Below, one piece after another: positions 28,706 to 38,382 of a DNA stretch of 64,000 bases. The position numbers and the translations under genes are program-made. Source of the stretch: Gammaproteobacteria bacterium (GTDB lineage: Bacteria; Pseudomonadota; Gammaproteobacteria; SZUA-229); contig JAPHRO010000030.1 in assembly GCA_026195895.1 (NCBI GenBank), positions 23,910 through 87,909 of the forward strand, read 5' to 3'. Under the pieces are notes generated by a model that did not search any database, was not told the origin of the DNA, and worked only from the letters and a program-made list of their open reading frames with translations. The number at the start of each line of letters is the position of its first letter. The stretch's first letter is position 1.

Positions 28706-29344
28706 ATGTCTGTAATCGTTCGTCATCTTGGCTTACAGGATTACCTGCATAGCTGGCAACAGATGCAGCAATTCAATCAGCAGCGTGATGAATCCACTAC
28801 TGACGAAATCTGGTTGTTGCAACATCCTCCGGTTTACACACTGGGCCTGAATGGTAAAAAAGAACATGTGCTGAATATCGGCGATATTCCTCTGGTGGAA
28901 ACCGATCGTGGCGGGCAGGTGACGTATCATGGTCCGGGCCAGCTAATAGCCTATTTTTTATTTGATATTCGGCGTAACAGGTTGGGTGTCAGGCAAATGG
29001 TCAGCCATCTCGAACAGGCGGTAATAGATTTACTGGCTGAAGAAGGTATTGTCGCAGCAGCAAAAAAAACAGCCCCCGGGGTTTATGTTGAAGATAAGAA
29101 AATTGCCGCACTAGGATTAAGGATAAAGCAGGGTGGGAGTTACCACGGTCTTAGCCTTAATGTCGATATGGATTTGTCACCTTTCAAAAATATTAATCCC
29201 TGTGGCTATGAGGGTATGGAAGTTACCAGTCTGGAGCAACTGGGTTTAGGTTATACTATGCCCCAGATCGAAGCCAGACTATTGCAGGCCCTGTGTCAGC
29301 AATTTGATCTGGTGGACTTTCAGGAAATTCACGAGTCAGAATAA
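28706..29344 (+). CDS. lipB: Octanoyltransferase LipB
   Basis: 212 aa; W…HPPVYTLG…, [12 protein letters not shown]…, catalytic Cys region (…PCGY..) in place. Confidence 0.9.
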   Translation: MSVIVRHLGLQDYLHSWQQMQQFNQQRDESTTDEIWLLQHPPVYTLGLNGKKEHVLNIGDIPLVETDRGGQVTYHGPGQLIAYFLFDIRRNRLGVRQMVSHLEQAVIDLLAEEGIVAAAKKTAPGVYVEDKKIAALGLRIKQGGSYHGLSLNVDMDLSPFKNINPCGYEGMEVTSLEQLGLGYTMPQIEARLLQALCQQFDLVDFQEIHESE

Positions 29345-29348
29345 CATC

Positions 29349-30293
29349 ATGAAACAGAAACTGGTTGCGGGTGAAAAACAGCGGGGTGCGGATAAAGTTT
29401 CCCGCATTCCTGTAAAAATAGCCAAAACAGAAAAGCCATTACGTAAGCCAGACTGGATACGTGCTAAATCACCTGCCCATCCAGAAGTAAAACGGCTTAA
29501 AAAAATCTTACGTGACAAAAAATTGTTCACAGTATGTGAAGAAGCGACCTGCCCAAACCTGGGTGAATGTTTTGGACATGGTACCGCTACCTTTATGATC
29601 ATGGGAGAAATCTGTACGCGGCGTTGTCCCTTCTGCGATGTTGGTCATGGCAAGCCACTGGCGCTTGATCAGGACGAACCAGAAAATTTATCTGAAACCA
29701 TTCAGGCGATGGGCTTGAAGTATGTTGTGATTACTTCAGTGGATCGCGATGATTTACGCGACGGCGGTGCACAGCATTTTGCCGAATGTATTAAACAAAC
29801 GCGAGAACTGAATCCGGAAATTAAAATTGAAATTCTGGTGCCAGATTTTCGTGGTCGAGTAGCCACAGCCCTGGAAATTTTAGCGACGACGCCACCCGAT
29901 GTATTTAATCATAACCTGGAAACAGTGCCGCGCTTATACAAACAGGCAAGGCCTGGTGCAGATTACCAGGGGTCGCTCGATCTGTTACAGGACTATAAAA
30001 AATCCTGTCCTGATGTGCCGACAAAATCGGGTCTGATGCTGGGCTTAGGTGAACAGAAAGATGAAGTCATTGAAGTGATGCAGGACTTGCGAGAGCATGG
30101 CGTTAATATGTTAACCCTTGGACAATACCTGCAGCCCAGTGTGCATCATTTACCAGTAATACGTTATTTAACGCCGGCTGAATTCGATGAGTTGAAATCA
30201 GTGGCTGAAGATATGGGATTCACCCAGATCGCCTCCGGACCTATGGTGCGTTCTTCTTATCATGCTGATTTACAGGCAGCGGGAAAATTTTAA
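29349..30293 (+). CDS. lipA: Lipoyl synthase LipA
   Basis: Radical-SAM [10 protein letters not shown] and N-terminal CPNLGECF cluster; start at ATG 29349 just after the lipB stop (the ORF track begins at 29304). Confidence 0.9.
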   Translation: MKQKLVAGEKQRGADKVSRIPVKIAKTEKPLRKPDWIRAKSPAHPEVKRLKKILRDKKLFTVCEEATCPNLGECFGHGTATFMIMGEICTRRCPFCDVGHGKPLALDQDEPENLSETIQAMGLKYVVITSVDRDDLRDGGAQHFAECIKQTRELNPEIKIEILVPDFRGRVATALEILATTPPDVFNHNLETVPRLYKQARPGADYQGSLDLLQDYKKSCPDVPTKSGLMLGLGEQKDEVIEVMQDLREHGVNMLTLGQYLQPSVHHLPVIRYLTPAEFDELKSVAEDMGFTQIASGPMVRSSYHADLQAAGKF

Positions 30294-30297
30294 TACA

Positions 30298-31185
30298 CTA
30301 ATTCCATATCTGGATGCAATCGCGGCCAGCCATTTTTGCATTTAATAAGGCATTGTCGGCAAGCTCAATGGCATTATGTACGCTTATATCGCCGTGCATG
30401 GATGCTACGCCGATAGATATGCTGACATCGATATTGCTGCTGTTAAACCTGATATCAATGGTTTTGATACCTTTTCTTAATCGATCAAGAATTTCTACCG
30501 CTTCTTCAACTCCTGTTTCAGGCAGCAGGAACAGGAACTCTTCACCGCCATATCTAAAAATAATATCGTACTTTCTGATTTGATCAACAAAATACTCCAT
30601 GGACGTTTTCAGTACCTGATCACCAGCCAGATGGCCATGTTGATCATTAATATTTTTAAAATGGTCAAAATCAATAATAGCAATCACACATGAGTTGCCG
30701 GTTCGAGATATCCGATCATGTTCCTGGGTCAGTCGATAAGACATGGCATACCGATTCCAGACGCCGGTTAAATGATCCACGGCACATATTTTACTAACTA
30801 ACGTAAACTGGAGGTCCTGTACAGTTGTGCGAAAGTCATAGGCAATATTAATAAAGTCATCATAGACTTCGCTGGTTATATCCTGGCCATCATGTTTTAG
30901 TTTTAGCAGATAGCGGGCTCTTTCATGGACGGAAATGTGCAATTTCTCTACTTCCTCAAATAAAGCAAGATCCAGCAACTGGTCATCTTCTACGGCATAG
31001 TACCATTGACCAAAACGACAGAGATGATGAGCGTCTTCAGCCATATCTTCTGGTGAAGGCGTTCCGCCACAAATAAGTATTCTATGAAATGTTTTTAGCC
31101 AGCCACTATGGTGGGTCAGTGCTACGCCCAGTTCTTTGAGAGTTTTTAATACATTGGAGGGAAGTTGTGGCTCGTCAATTAGCAT
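30298..31185 (-). CDS. Diguanylate cyclase (GGDEF) with N-terminal sensory domain
   Basis: 295 aa; RYGGEEF active-site motif; DHLTGVWNR… A-site region. Confidence 0.85.
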   Translation of the reverse strand: MLIDEPQLPSNVLKTLKELGVALTHHSGWLKTFHRILICGGTPSPEDMAEDAHHLCRFGQWYYAVEDDQLLDLALFEEVEKLHISVHERARYLLKLKHDGQDITSEVYDDFINIAYDFRTTVQDLQFTLVSKICAVDHLTGVWNRYAMSYRLTQEHDRISRTGNSCVIAIIDFDHFKNINDQHGHLAGDQVLKTSMEYFVDQIRKYDIIFRYGGEEFLFLLPETGVEEAVEILDRLRKGIKTIDIRFNSSNIDVSISIGVASMHGDISVHNAIELADNALLNAKMAGRDCIQIWN

Positions 31186-31361
31186 TATGTCGCCTGAAGC
31201 AAGTGAAAAGGGTGTTATTTGTATTCAAGTATAGAGTAACAAATTGCTAATGCACATTAAGTGCTCGCTAATCGAGTAATTATCCGATGGCCGGGAGCGC
31301 AGCAAATTATCGGTGTCGACAGGTAGATTATAGGATTCAGGTTGTTGAGTTTTCGTGTCTA

Positions 31362-31937
31362 TTAATTTTTAATATCAGTCGATTTTGGGGGGAAATTTTC
31401 TAAAATAGTTTTTACAGCATTGTTTATTTTTGCTGTTTGTTTTTCAGGTGTGGAGGCGGGATTAATCGTGTCTTTGGCGGTTGCTCGCCAGAACAGTTTT
31501 TTAGTCCTTGCATCAATGAAATCCAGTATTAAGGTGCCTTCCTGGTAATGATAAGTATTAATGCCACCGGTGCTATAGCCGAAGCTGGCTTCCGGGTATC
31601 TATAACCATAACCTCGGTAGACGGTGTATGGCGCGTAGGTATATCCCCAGGTGCTAATGTCAACTTTGTCTTCTTTACCTACATGAGTGGCAATTTCAAA
31701 GTCTGGCTGAGAGCTGTTTTTAGTTAGTCCTTTGCTGGCCAGGTCTGCATCTATGGCATTGATGAAGCGTGCCTTGTTGAGTTCATCAATGTCAGCATCC
31801 CTGGGAAATGGCAGCCAGTTATAGGTCCTGATGGTAGAGAAGTTTTTGTTGGTATCATAGTCATAGTGAACTGATAAAGTAGAGCATGCACTGGTGATAG
31901 AGATCGAAATGATAAGCACAACAAATTTAAAATAGGC
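31362..31937 (-). CDS. DUF4136-like lipoprotein
   Basis: Start chosen at MAYFKF…ITSAC (lipobox-like); …GTLILDFIDARTKKLFWRATAKD… resembles the DUF4136 lipoprotein family. Confidence 0.5.
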   Translation of the reverse strand, partial: AYFKFVVLIISISITSACSTLSVHYDYDTNKNFSTIRTYNWLPFPRDADIDELNKARFINAIDADLASKGLTKNSSQPDFEIATHVGKEDKVDISTWGYTYAPYTVYRGYGYRYPEASFGYSTGGINTYHYQEGTLILDFIDARTKKLFWRATAKDTINPASTPEKQTAKINNAVKTILENFPPKSTDIKN

Positions 31938-32018
31938 CATTGCGAGTCCTGCAATTTTTTGATGAAAAGACCGATCCATTTCATTCTACATCTCAGATAA
32001 ATTTATCACCACCATATT

Positions 32019-32630
32019 TTACTGGTTCTGTTGTTTAATGCCGGGCATAGAAATATAACCTGGCAGAGCTTCAATCTGCCGGAACCAGCGTTGGATGGCC
32101 AGGTATTTATCTGTATTTACCTGTGCCTGATCTGCCAGCGCGATATAGGGATAACAGGCCAGGTCAGCAATGCTCACCTGTGAGCCGGCAATCCACGCTT
32201 GCTTATGTAACTGATTGTCGATTATTTCCAGCGTTTTTGTTGCAAGTGTCTGGCATTCCGCAAGGTTGCCGGGGCGACCAAATTTCAGAATGCCACGCGC
32301 TCCGGCCAGACCCGAAAATAATTCTTCGCCAGCCACGCTTAACCATTGCATGACGGAGGCGAGATTATCGGCGATATCAGGCAACCATAATTTATCAGCA
32401 TACTTTTTTGCCAGATAAACGAGTATAGCCTGGCTGTCCCACACAATTAATGATTGATCAATTAATACCGGTATTTCGCCTCTTGGATTGAGTGATAGAA
32501 AACTATTGCTTTTGTGCTCATTCTTTTTTAAATCAACCGGTATGGATTCATACTCTAATTTAAGAATATTAAGGAATAAACGAATTTTGTAACAGTTGCC
32601 TGATTCGTGCATATCGTAAAGTTTAATCAT
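32019..32630 (-). CDS. Glutathione S-transferase
   Basis: 203 aa; N-terminal thioredoxin-like GST domain (…SGNCYKIRLFL…IPVL..) plus C-terminal helical domain. Confidence 0.75.
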   Translation of the reverse strand: MIKLYDMHESGNCYKIRLFLNILKLEYESIPVDLKKNEHKSNSFLSLNPRGEIPVLIDQSLIVWDSQAILVYLAKKYADKLWLPDIADNLASVMQWLSVAGEELFSGLAGARGILKFGRPGNLAECQTLATKTLEIIDNQLHKQAWIAGSQVSIADLACYPYIALADQAQVNTDKYLAIQRWFRQIEALPGYISMPGIKQQNQ

Positions 32631-33139
32631 CAGGCTGTTTCCTGTTTAATTAAATGAGGAATATTTCGGCTACAGTTACTGAAAATCTGATTGATATCAA
32701 CCTTAACAACTAGATGGCAATCCGGCCAGAAAGATGTGAATTTTTCCAGCGGCTGTTCAATGATATTTGCGTTGCCGTTAATTCGTAGACGTTGTTGAGT
32801 TTCAAAATTGATAAATAACATGCCGAGTTTATTTGATGTCAGAATATTGCCAATGCTTTGCATCATGTGATTGCCAATTATTTCTGGATAGTAAAGAGTT
32901 GTGTCAGATTCGATATAAACCAGTCCGTTTTGGTAATTGTTGCCACTACCCTTAAAACTACACTGAATATCATTTTTGCCATCACTGGTAGCAATGAAAA
33001 AAAATTCGCTTGAATGGATCAGGTTCTTATCGATAGAATTCAGTTTGCTATGAATGCCTGTACTTACCTTTCTGGCAATATTCTTATTAGCGAAGGCGTC
33101 CTGTGCATAAAGCTGTTGTTCAGTAAATAGTGTATTCAT
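32630..33139 (-). CDS. Pyridoxamine 5'-phosphate oxidase-like FMN-binding split-barrel protein
   Basis: 169 aa; pattern FFFIATSDG…G.PNFQ-like…LVYIES… typical of the PNPOx-like family; overlaps the GST start by 1 nt (operon). Confidence 0.5.
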   Translation of the reverse strand: MNTLFTEQQLYAQDAFANKNIARKVSTGIHSKLNSIDKNLIHSSEFFFIATSDGKNDIQCSFKGSGNNYQNGLVYIESDTTLYYPEIIGNHMMQSIGNILTSNKLGMLFINFETQQRLRINGNANIIEQPLEKFTSFWPDCHLVVKVDINQIFSNCSRNIPHLIKQETA

Positions 33140-33208
33140 AAGATCTCCGTCAATGCCATGGCGATAACAATGTTGTTGCCTAAGGCGGGTGAGAATTTAC
33201 ATAAGGCT

Positions 33209-33625
33209 CTATTCTATCTGTTGACGTATTGTGCGCATGGTTCTGACCAGGTCGGTAAAGTTTTTCTTACCCAGCAAATCATTCATTTGCTGAAATAATT
33301 GCTGGCCTGTTTGTTCCAGTTGTAGCCGCATAGCTTCGGCTTTAGAGGTTGGCCACACGGTGGAGCCTCGTTTATCAGTAATATCAGCATCGCGACGTAA
33401 CAGATCTTTATGAATCAGACTATCGACAAAGCGAGTAACTGTAGACGGTGCCAGTTCAAGTTCGTCGGCGAGCTTCTTCATTGAAATGCCGGGCTGGCTG
33501 AGCACCATGCGTACCAGGTAGGCATGTGCTGGCGACAGGCCGGTAGGTTTGAAGGCTTCATCCCATATTCGGTTGATGCTGCGGGCCAGGGCATTGCTAT
33601 TAAAATAGATGCATTTTTCAAACAT
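33209..33625 (-). CDS. MarR-family transcriptional regulator
   Basis: 138 aa; winged-HTH GLSPAHAYLVRMVL..PGISMKKLADELELAPSTVTRFVDSLI.KDLLRR. Confidence 0.85.
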   Translation of the reverse strand: MFEKCIYFNSNALARSINRIWDEAFKPTGLSPAHAYLVRMVLSQPGISMKKLADELELAPSTVTRFVDSLIHKDLLRRDADITDKRGSTVWPTSKAEAMRLQLEQTGQQLFQQMNDLLGKKNFTDLVRTMRTIRQQIE

Positions 33626-33653
33626 GTGTCTAGTTAAATATAAATTAGTTGTA

Positions 33654-33675
33654 CATACAAGTACTATTTTGTATG
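33654..33675. promoter_or_regulatory. Inverted repeat CATACAA-n8-TTGTATG in the MarR/DUF1015 divergent intergenic region
   Basis: 7-bp arms with an 8-bp spacer, 28 bp from the MarR start; candidate MarR operator. A TATAAT sits at 33728-33733 facing DUF1015. Confidence 0.3.
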
Positions 33676-33776
33676 GTTATTGCACGTAGTCTGTTTCCGG
33701 GTTCATTTATTTAATCGGGCAGGGCTGTATAATAGCGCCGAGAAAAATATTCCATTTAACAACACTGGATACCAAC

Positions 33777-35000
33777 ATGCCTTTGATTCGCCCCTTTGCC
33801 GGACTCCGCCCTGTTGCTGAACATGCTGACGATGTAGTTGCGCCACCTTATGATGTCCTGAATAGCGCCGAAGCGCGTGAACGGGCAGCAGGCAAGCCGA
33901 TGAGTTTTCTGCATATTTCTAAAGCCGAGATTGATTTGCCAGAAGATACCGATCCCTATGATCCAGCCGTCTATGCCAAGGCAGCAGAAAATTTACAGAA
34001 ACTGATTGATAGCGGCGTTTTGATGCGTGAATCTGCGCCGCGTTACTATGTCTACCGGTTAACCATGGGGGACCATGTACAGACCGGTCTGGTAGCGGCT
34101 TCATCGGTAAAACACTACGATAGCAATCGTATTCGCAAACATGAATTTACCCGCCCGGCGAAAGAAGATGACCGGGTGCGTCAAATCGAGGCACTGAATG
34201 CGCAAACCGGGCCAGTATTGCTGGCATATAAATCAGTAGCTGAAATCGATGCTTTGCTGGATAAAGTTGCAGAAGGTACGCCGGTTTATGACTTAACCGC
34301 CGATGATGGTATTGGTCATACCTTCTGGGTGGTGGAAGACGAAGATATCACTAATAAACTAAGTGCCGGTTTCGATGCCATGGATGCCATTTATATTGCC
34401 GATGGTCATCACCGTTCTGCCTCCGCCTCACGGGTGGCTAAATCAATTGGTGGCTCAGATGATCAGATGAGTCATTATTTTCTGTCAGTTATTTTTCCGC
34501 ATAATCAAATGAAAATATTTGATTACAATCGCGTGGTAACGGATCTGAATGGATTATCAAAAGATGAGCTGTTGAACAAAATTGCTGAAAACTTCACCTG
34601 TGTTAAGGAAGATGCGCCAGTGAAGCCCGCGCATGCTGCGCAATTTGGTATGTACCTGGATGGCGAATGGTATCGTCTCGATATCAACAAGGATTTAATT
34701 CCAGCAGATCCGGTGGCCAAACTGGATGTGAGTTTACTGGCGAATAATTTACTCGAACCATTGCTGGGTATTTCCGATCCCCGTACCGATCCCCGCATTG
34801 ATTTTGTTGGGGGCATTCGTGGACTGGACGGCCTGGAAAAACGTGTGAATAGTGGTGAAATGGCGGTCGCTTTTTCCATGTATGCCACCAGTATGGAAGA
34901 CTTGATGGCAGTCGCCGACGCAAATGAAGTCATGCCACCGAAATCAACCTGGTTTGAACCCAAGCTGGCGGATGGCTTAATATCGCATGTGCTGGATTAA
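33777..35000 (+). CDS. DUF1015-family protein
   Basis: 407 aa; N-terminal …PFAGLRP….VVAPPYDV… signature of DUF1015. Confidence 0.7.
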   Translation: MPLIRPFAGLRPVAEHADDVVAPPYDVLNSAEARERAAGKPMSFLHISKAEIDLPEDTDPYDPAVYAKAAENLQKLIDSGVLMRESAPRYYVYRLTMGDHVQTGLVAASSVKHYDSNRIRKHEFTRPAKEDDRVRQIEALNAQTGPVLLAYKSVAEIDALLDKVAEGTPVYDLTADDGIGHTFWVVEDEDITNKLSAGFDAMDAIYIADGHHRSASASRVAKSIGGSDDQMSHYFLSVIFPHNQMKIFDYNRVVTDLNGLSKDELLNKIAENFTCVKEDAPVKPAHAAQFGMYLDGEWYRLDINKDLIPADPVAKLDVSLLANNLLEPLLGISDPRTDPRIDFVGGIRGLDGLEKRVNSGEMAVAFSMYATSMEDLMAVADANEVMPPKSTWFEPKLADGLISHVLD

Positions 35001-35049
35001 GCATGGTTTCGGCTTTAATTTAGTAACAAAAAAATAAGTAACAAAGAAA

Positions 35050-35076
35050 AGGTCAGCAAGTGCTGACCTTTTTTGT
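35050..35076. terminator. Rho-independent terminator (bidirectional candidate)
   Basis: GGTCAGC-aagt-GCTGACC stem followed by TTTTTTGT; preceded by AAAAG on the other side. 50 bp after the DUF1015 stop and ~90 bp after the convergent 35164..35961 gene. Confidence 0.6.
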
Positions 35077-35163
35077 GAGTAGATGTTTGTCAGTAAAATA
35101 CAAGCCACTTTTGTTAATGGTGTTCATTCCCGTAAATATTAATGCAGAAGTGAATAATGACAT

Positions 35164-35961
35164 CTAGCCTGCAATAGCAGTCTGGTGAGTGCCAATTGTA
35201 TTAAACCTATGCTCATTATTCGTTGTAAAAGCAACATCATTTTTATTGATCGTGATAAATCCTGTAAGTTCTTCTATTTCCAGTTCTTCGGCCTGTGAAT
35301 CTATCTGCACAAGAAGCCGCTGTAAGGCAAGACCCATATCAGTTTGTCGTTCTGGATCAAGTCCGAGTTTTTTCCAGCTAATTTTGGCATGATTCTCGCC
35401 AGCTTTGCCTATGCAGTAAAAATGCCTGACTAGTATTTCATTGAGTCTGGCTTTGCCTGTTTTATTTTTAAGAAAGGTTATGATTTCCCGGTCAGACATA
35501 TTTTTTTTCAGCGGTAACAAATCAGCCAAATCGTTGGGAAGAAAAGACCGCATGGTTTCGCCATTGATTCTGCCATGTAAAATATCTTCATCGATTATCT
35601 GCTTATAATCAGGCGTTGGGCTGGCGCCAGTGCGCTTTGATAACTGGATAAGGGCCATTGCCTCGCTTCTATGGCCGCTTATGCCAAATCCGGATAGATA
35701 ATGATCCAGAATGTCATGCACAAAAACCGAAGTATTTATTCGTTGTCCGGTTTCTCGTGTGCTGGCGATTATTTGTGGGTCGCCAATTGAGGCATCTACT
35801 TTCCAGCCCCTGGCGCCAAAACCATCATCCCAGGATTTTTTATAAGTAACGGCCAGTCGAATTCTATTTGATTCAATGTGTAGATATTTTGCCGGATACT
35901 GCAATACATCGTGATATGCGTCTGTAAAAGATTTCCGCACAGCCATCTCTCCAGTAGTCAA
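35164..35961 (-). CDS. Hypothetical protein (last gene of MerR-led operon); weak HD-like H…HD…H pattern
   Basis: 265 aa; no signal peptide or TM; VFVHDILDHYLSGFGISGH could be a degenerate HD-type metal site. No confident family match. Confidence 0.45.
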   Translation of the reverse strand: MTTGEMAVRKSFTDAYHDVLQYPAKYLHIESNRIRLAVTYKKSWDDGFGARGWKVDASIGDPQIIASTRETGQRINTSVFVHDILDHYLSGFGISGHRSEAMALIQLSKRTGASPTPDYKQIIDEDILHGRINGETMRSFLPNDLADLLPLKKNMSDREIITFLKNKTGKARLNEILVRHFYCIGKAGENHAKISWKKLGLDPERQTDMGLALQRLLVQIDSQAEELEIEELTGFITINKNDVAFTTNNEHRFNTIGTHQTAIAG

Positions 35962-35990
35962 ATATCTAACGACCTGTCAATTTATAGTAT

Positions 35991-36455
35991 TTATTCCCAG
36001 ATCAGATTAAGCACTTCTATTTTGCCAAGATTCCGGTTGATTGGACAGTCAGGGCAGCCCTGACTTGAGGGCTCATTCTGACAGCCTGCACATTTCTTTA
36101 CCTGCCTGTCTGCTGCTTTTAATTCAGCTTTGAGCAGCTTTAAATTGTTCATCTGGTCTTCGATATTTTTTATCGCGCTTTCGATGATATTAGATACTTT
36201 TTCACTGCCTTCATCGCCGGTTGAACAGGTATTTCTGGTGGTTCCAATTAATCGAATTACGTCAAGAGAAAATCCATTTTCAGCCAGATGCATAATGGCT
36301 TTCAAACGCGCAATATGTTGAGTGGAATATAAACGTGTAGCACCACCCGTTCTATAAGGCTCTATCAGTCCTTCTTCCTCATAGTAGCGAATGGTGCGGA
36401 CAGTAGTTGTTAACAAATCGGCCACATCACCAATTTTCAAGTAGTCGTTTGGCAT
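35991..36455 (-). CDS. MerR-family transcriptional regulator with C-terminal four-Cys cluster
   Basis: 154 aa; N-terminal HTH IGDVADLLTTTVRTIRYYEEEGLI; dimerisation coiled coil; C-terminal CAGC-x8-CPDC. Confidence 0.85.
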   Translation of the reverse strand: MPNDYLKIGDVADLLTTTVRTIRYYEEEGLIEPYRTGGATRLYSTQHIARLKAIMHLAENGFSLDVIRLIGTTRNTCSTGDEGSEKVSNIIESAIKNIEDQMNNLKLLKAELKAADRQVKKCAGCQNEPSSQGCPDCPINRNLGKIEVLNLIWE

Positions 36456-36683
36456 CTATAAACCTACTAATTGCGCTTCAAATCCTTCTGCCTTAACTTT
36501 ATTTAACAAAGTCAGGGCGTTAGTAATTTCTGCATCGTATGCTACGAAAAGCATATGCTCTTTATCGGTGTTGAATTTTGGAGTAATTACACCATCTACA
36601 TGGCTAAGTTTATTCATTAAGTTATCTTTTGCTTCAGTATTTGTTTTATCGTTTAAATGGATAAGTACATCTGAGTATTTCAT
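36456..36683 (-). CDS. Small hypothetical protein (75 aa), first gene of MerR-led operon
   Basis: Good SD (AGGAG-n6-ATG); predicted beta-alpha-beta-beta-alpha-beta-like composition; no Cys. Stop abuts the MerR start (36455/36456). Confidence 0.5.
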   Translation of the reverse strand: MKYSDVLIHLNDKTNTEAKDNLMNKLSHVDGVITPKFNTDKEHMLFVAYDAEITNALTLLNKVKAEGFEAQLVGL

Positions 36684-36689
36684 GGTTTA

Positions 36690-36750
36690 CTCCTGTATCT
36701 CACGTTAGCGTAAGGTCACTATCTCACGTAAACGTTAGATAGTCAAGTTG
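36690..36750 (-). promoter_or_regulatory. Promoter/operator region of the small-protein/MerR operon with direct repeats ATCTCACGT (x2) and ACGTTAG (x2)
   Basis: On the minus strand: TTGACT-atctaacgtttacgtgagatagtgacc…AGGAG-taaacc-ATG. The repeats at 36697-36705 and 36721-36729 are 24 bp apart and lie between the putative -35 and the start. Confidence 0.35.
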
Positions 36751-36988
36751 TATGGGTCGTATTTAATGTATTGCTTACAGGAAAGGGGCAGGAGATAGCG
36801 ATTAATTAATTGCGAGGCTGTTATAGCGGTGGTTTTATCTGCTCGCCGAAAACAGTTGTTTAGTCTCTAAGGTTGGAGATAAAAAACAGTGCATGGTGGT
36901 GATGAGGCTTATGATTTATTGAAATTCATAAGCCTGATATTTCTATCCGGTTTTTCTGGCGGCTATGCGCCGGGAAAGACCGGCATTA

Positions 36989-38296
36989 TTATAAATATCG
37001 CGCTATCAGGCCACGCTCCGCCATGGCTTCGGGTAAATGCAGGCGCACCTGATAGCCGCCACCCAGGGCGGCATCCATTTTGTTGCCCTTGAGATCTTCC
37101 ATGTGATCCAGAACGATATCTACGTTGCCAGATGGCATTATCAATTCCAGCTTATCGCCGACACCAAATTTATTTTTCACGTCGATTTCTGCCATGCCGG
37201 TTGCTTTATCATATGAAGTAATTTCGCCGACAAACTGTTGTTGATGGCTCAATGAATTGCCCTGCATATAATTTTGATATTCATGGGTGTGATGGCGTTG
37301 GTAGAAGCCATCGGTGTAACCACGGTTAGCAAGGTTTTCCAGTACGCCAATTAATTCCGGATTAAATTCTTTTTTATTCAGAGCGTCGTTTATAGCCTGT
37401 TTATAACTCTGTGCGGTACGCGCTACGTAATAATGGGATTTGGTACGGCCTTCTATTTTTAAACTGTCCACGCCAATTTCTACCAGCCGTTTAACATGTT
37501 CTACCGCCCGCAAATCTTTTGAATTCATAATGTAGGTGCCGTGCTCATCTTCTTCCATTGGCATCAGTTCCCCGGGACGACCGGCTTCTTCGATAAATAC
37601 TGGTTGATCTGCTTTGGGATTTCGTTCATCGCCCATATCGGATTTGCCTGGTTTATAAACGCCTTCCGCATTTTCTTCGGCAGGTGTTGTTTTGTAATTC
37701 CAGCGACAGGCATTGGTGCAGGTTCCCTGGTTGGGATCGCGATGATTGAAATACCCAGACAATAAACAGCGGCCCGAATAGGCAATACACAGGGCGCCAT
37801 GGACGAAAACTTCCAGTTCCATATCGGGACATTGCTGGCGAATTTCTTCAATTTCATCGAGCGACAATTCGCGGGATAAAATAATGCGTTCGATCCCCAC
37901 GGATTGCCAGAATTTTACCGTGGCATAGTTTACGGTATTTGCCTGAACAGAAAGATGCACGGCCATATCTGGCCAGGTTTCACGAACCATCATAATCAGG
38001 CCTGGATCCGCCATGATGAGTGCGTCGGGCCCCATTTCGATAACGGGTCGCATGTCATCAATAAACGTTTTAATTTTACTGTTGTGGGGCATCAGGTTGG
38101 AAGTGAGATAAAACTTTTTCCCCAGCTTATGCGCTTCAGCAATGCCAATAGCAAGATTCTCCTCGAGAAAATCATTATTGCGCACTCGTAAACTATAACG
38201 CGGCTGCCCTGCGTAAACGGCGTCAGCACCATAGGCAAATGCGTAGCGCATATTTCTTAAAGTACCGGCTGGCGATAATAATTCTACTTTTTTCAT
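36989..38296 (-). CDS. Peptidase U32-family protein (YegQ/TrhP-like length class)
   Basis: 435 aa; MKKVELLSPAG…, …E.HGALCIAYSGRCLLS.Y…RD.N.G.C…CRW conserved U32 Cys cluster; the C-terminal extension places it with the ~450-aa YegQ group rather than UbiU/UbiV. Confidence 0.8.
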   Translation of the reverse strand: MKKVELLSPAGTLRNMRYAFAYGADAVYAGQPRYSLRVRNNDFLEENLAIGIAEAHKLGKKFYLTSNLMPHNSKIKTFIDDMRPVIEMGPDALIMADPGLIMMVRETWPDMAVHLSVQANTVNYATVKFWQSVGIERIILSRELSLDEIEEIRQQCPDMELEVFVHGALCIAYSGRCLLSGYFNHRDPNQGTCTNACRWNYKTTPAEENAEGVYKPGKSDMGDERNPKADQPVFIEEAGRPGELMPMEEDEHGTYIMNSKDLRAVEHVKRLVEIGVDSLKIEGRTKSHYYVARTAQSYKQAINDALNKKEFNPELIGVLENLANRGYTDGFYQRHHTHEYQNYMQGNSLSHQQQFVGEITSYDKATGMAEIDVKNKFGVGDKLELIMPSGNVDIVLDHMEDLKGNKMDAALGGGYQVRLHLPEAMAERGLIARYL

Positions 38297-38382
38297 GGGT
38301 ATTCTGTTCTAGTTCAGGGGGGGTAATTGCTTATTTTAACTGATTGCTGTCATGTGTGATATGGAGGCGTTAAACTGTTTTT

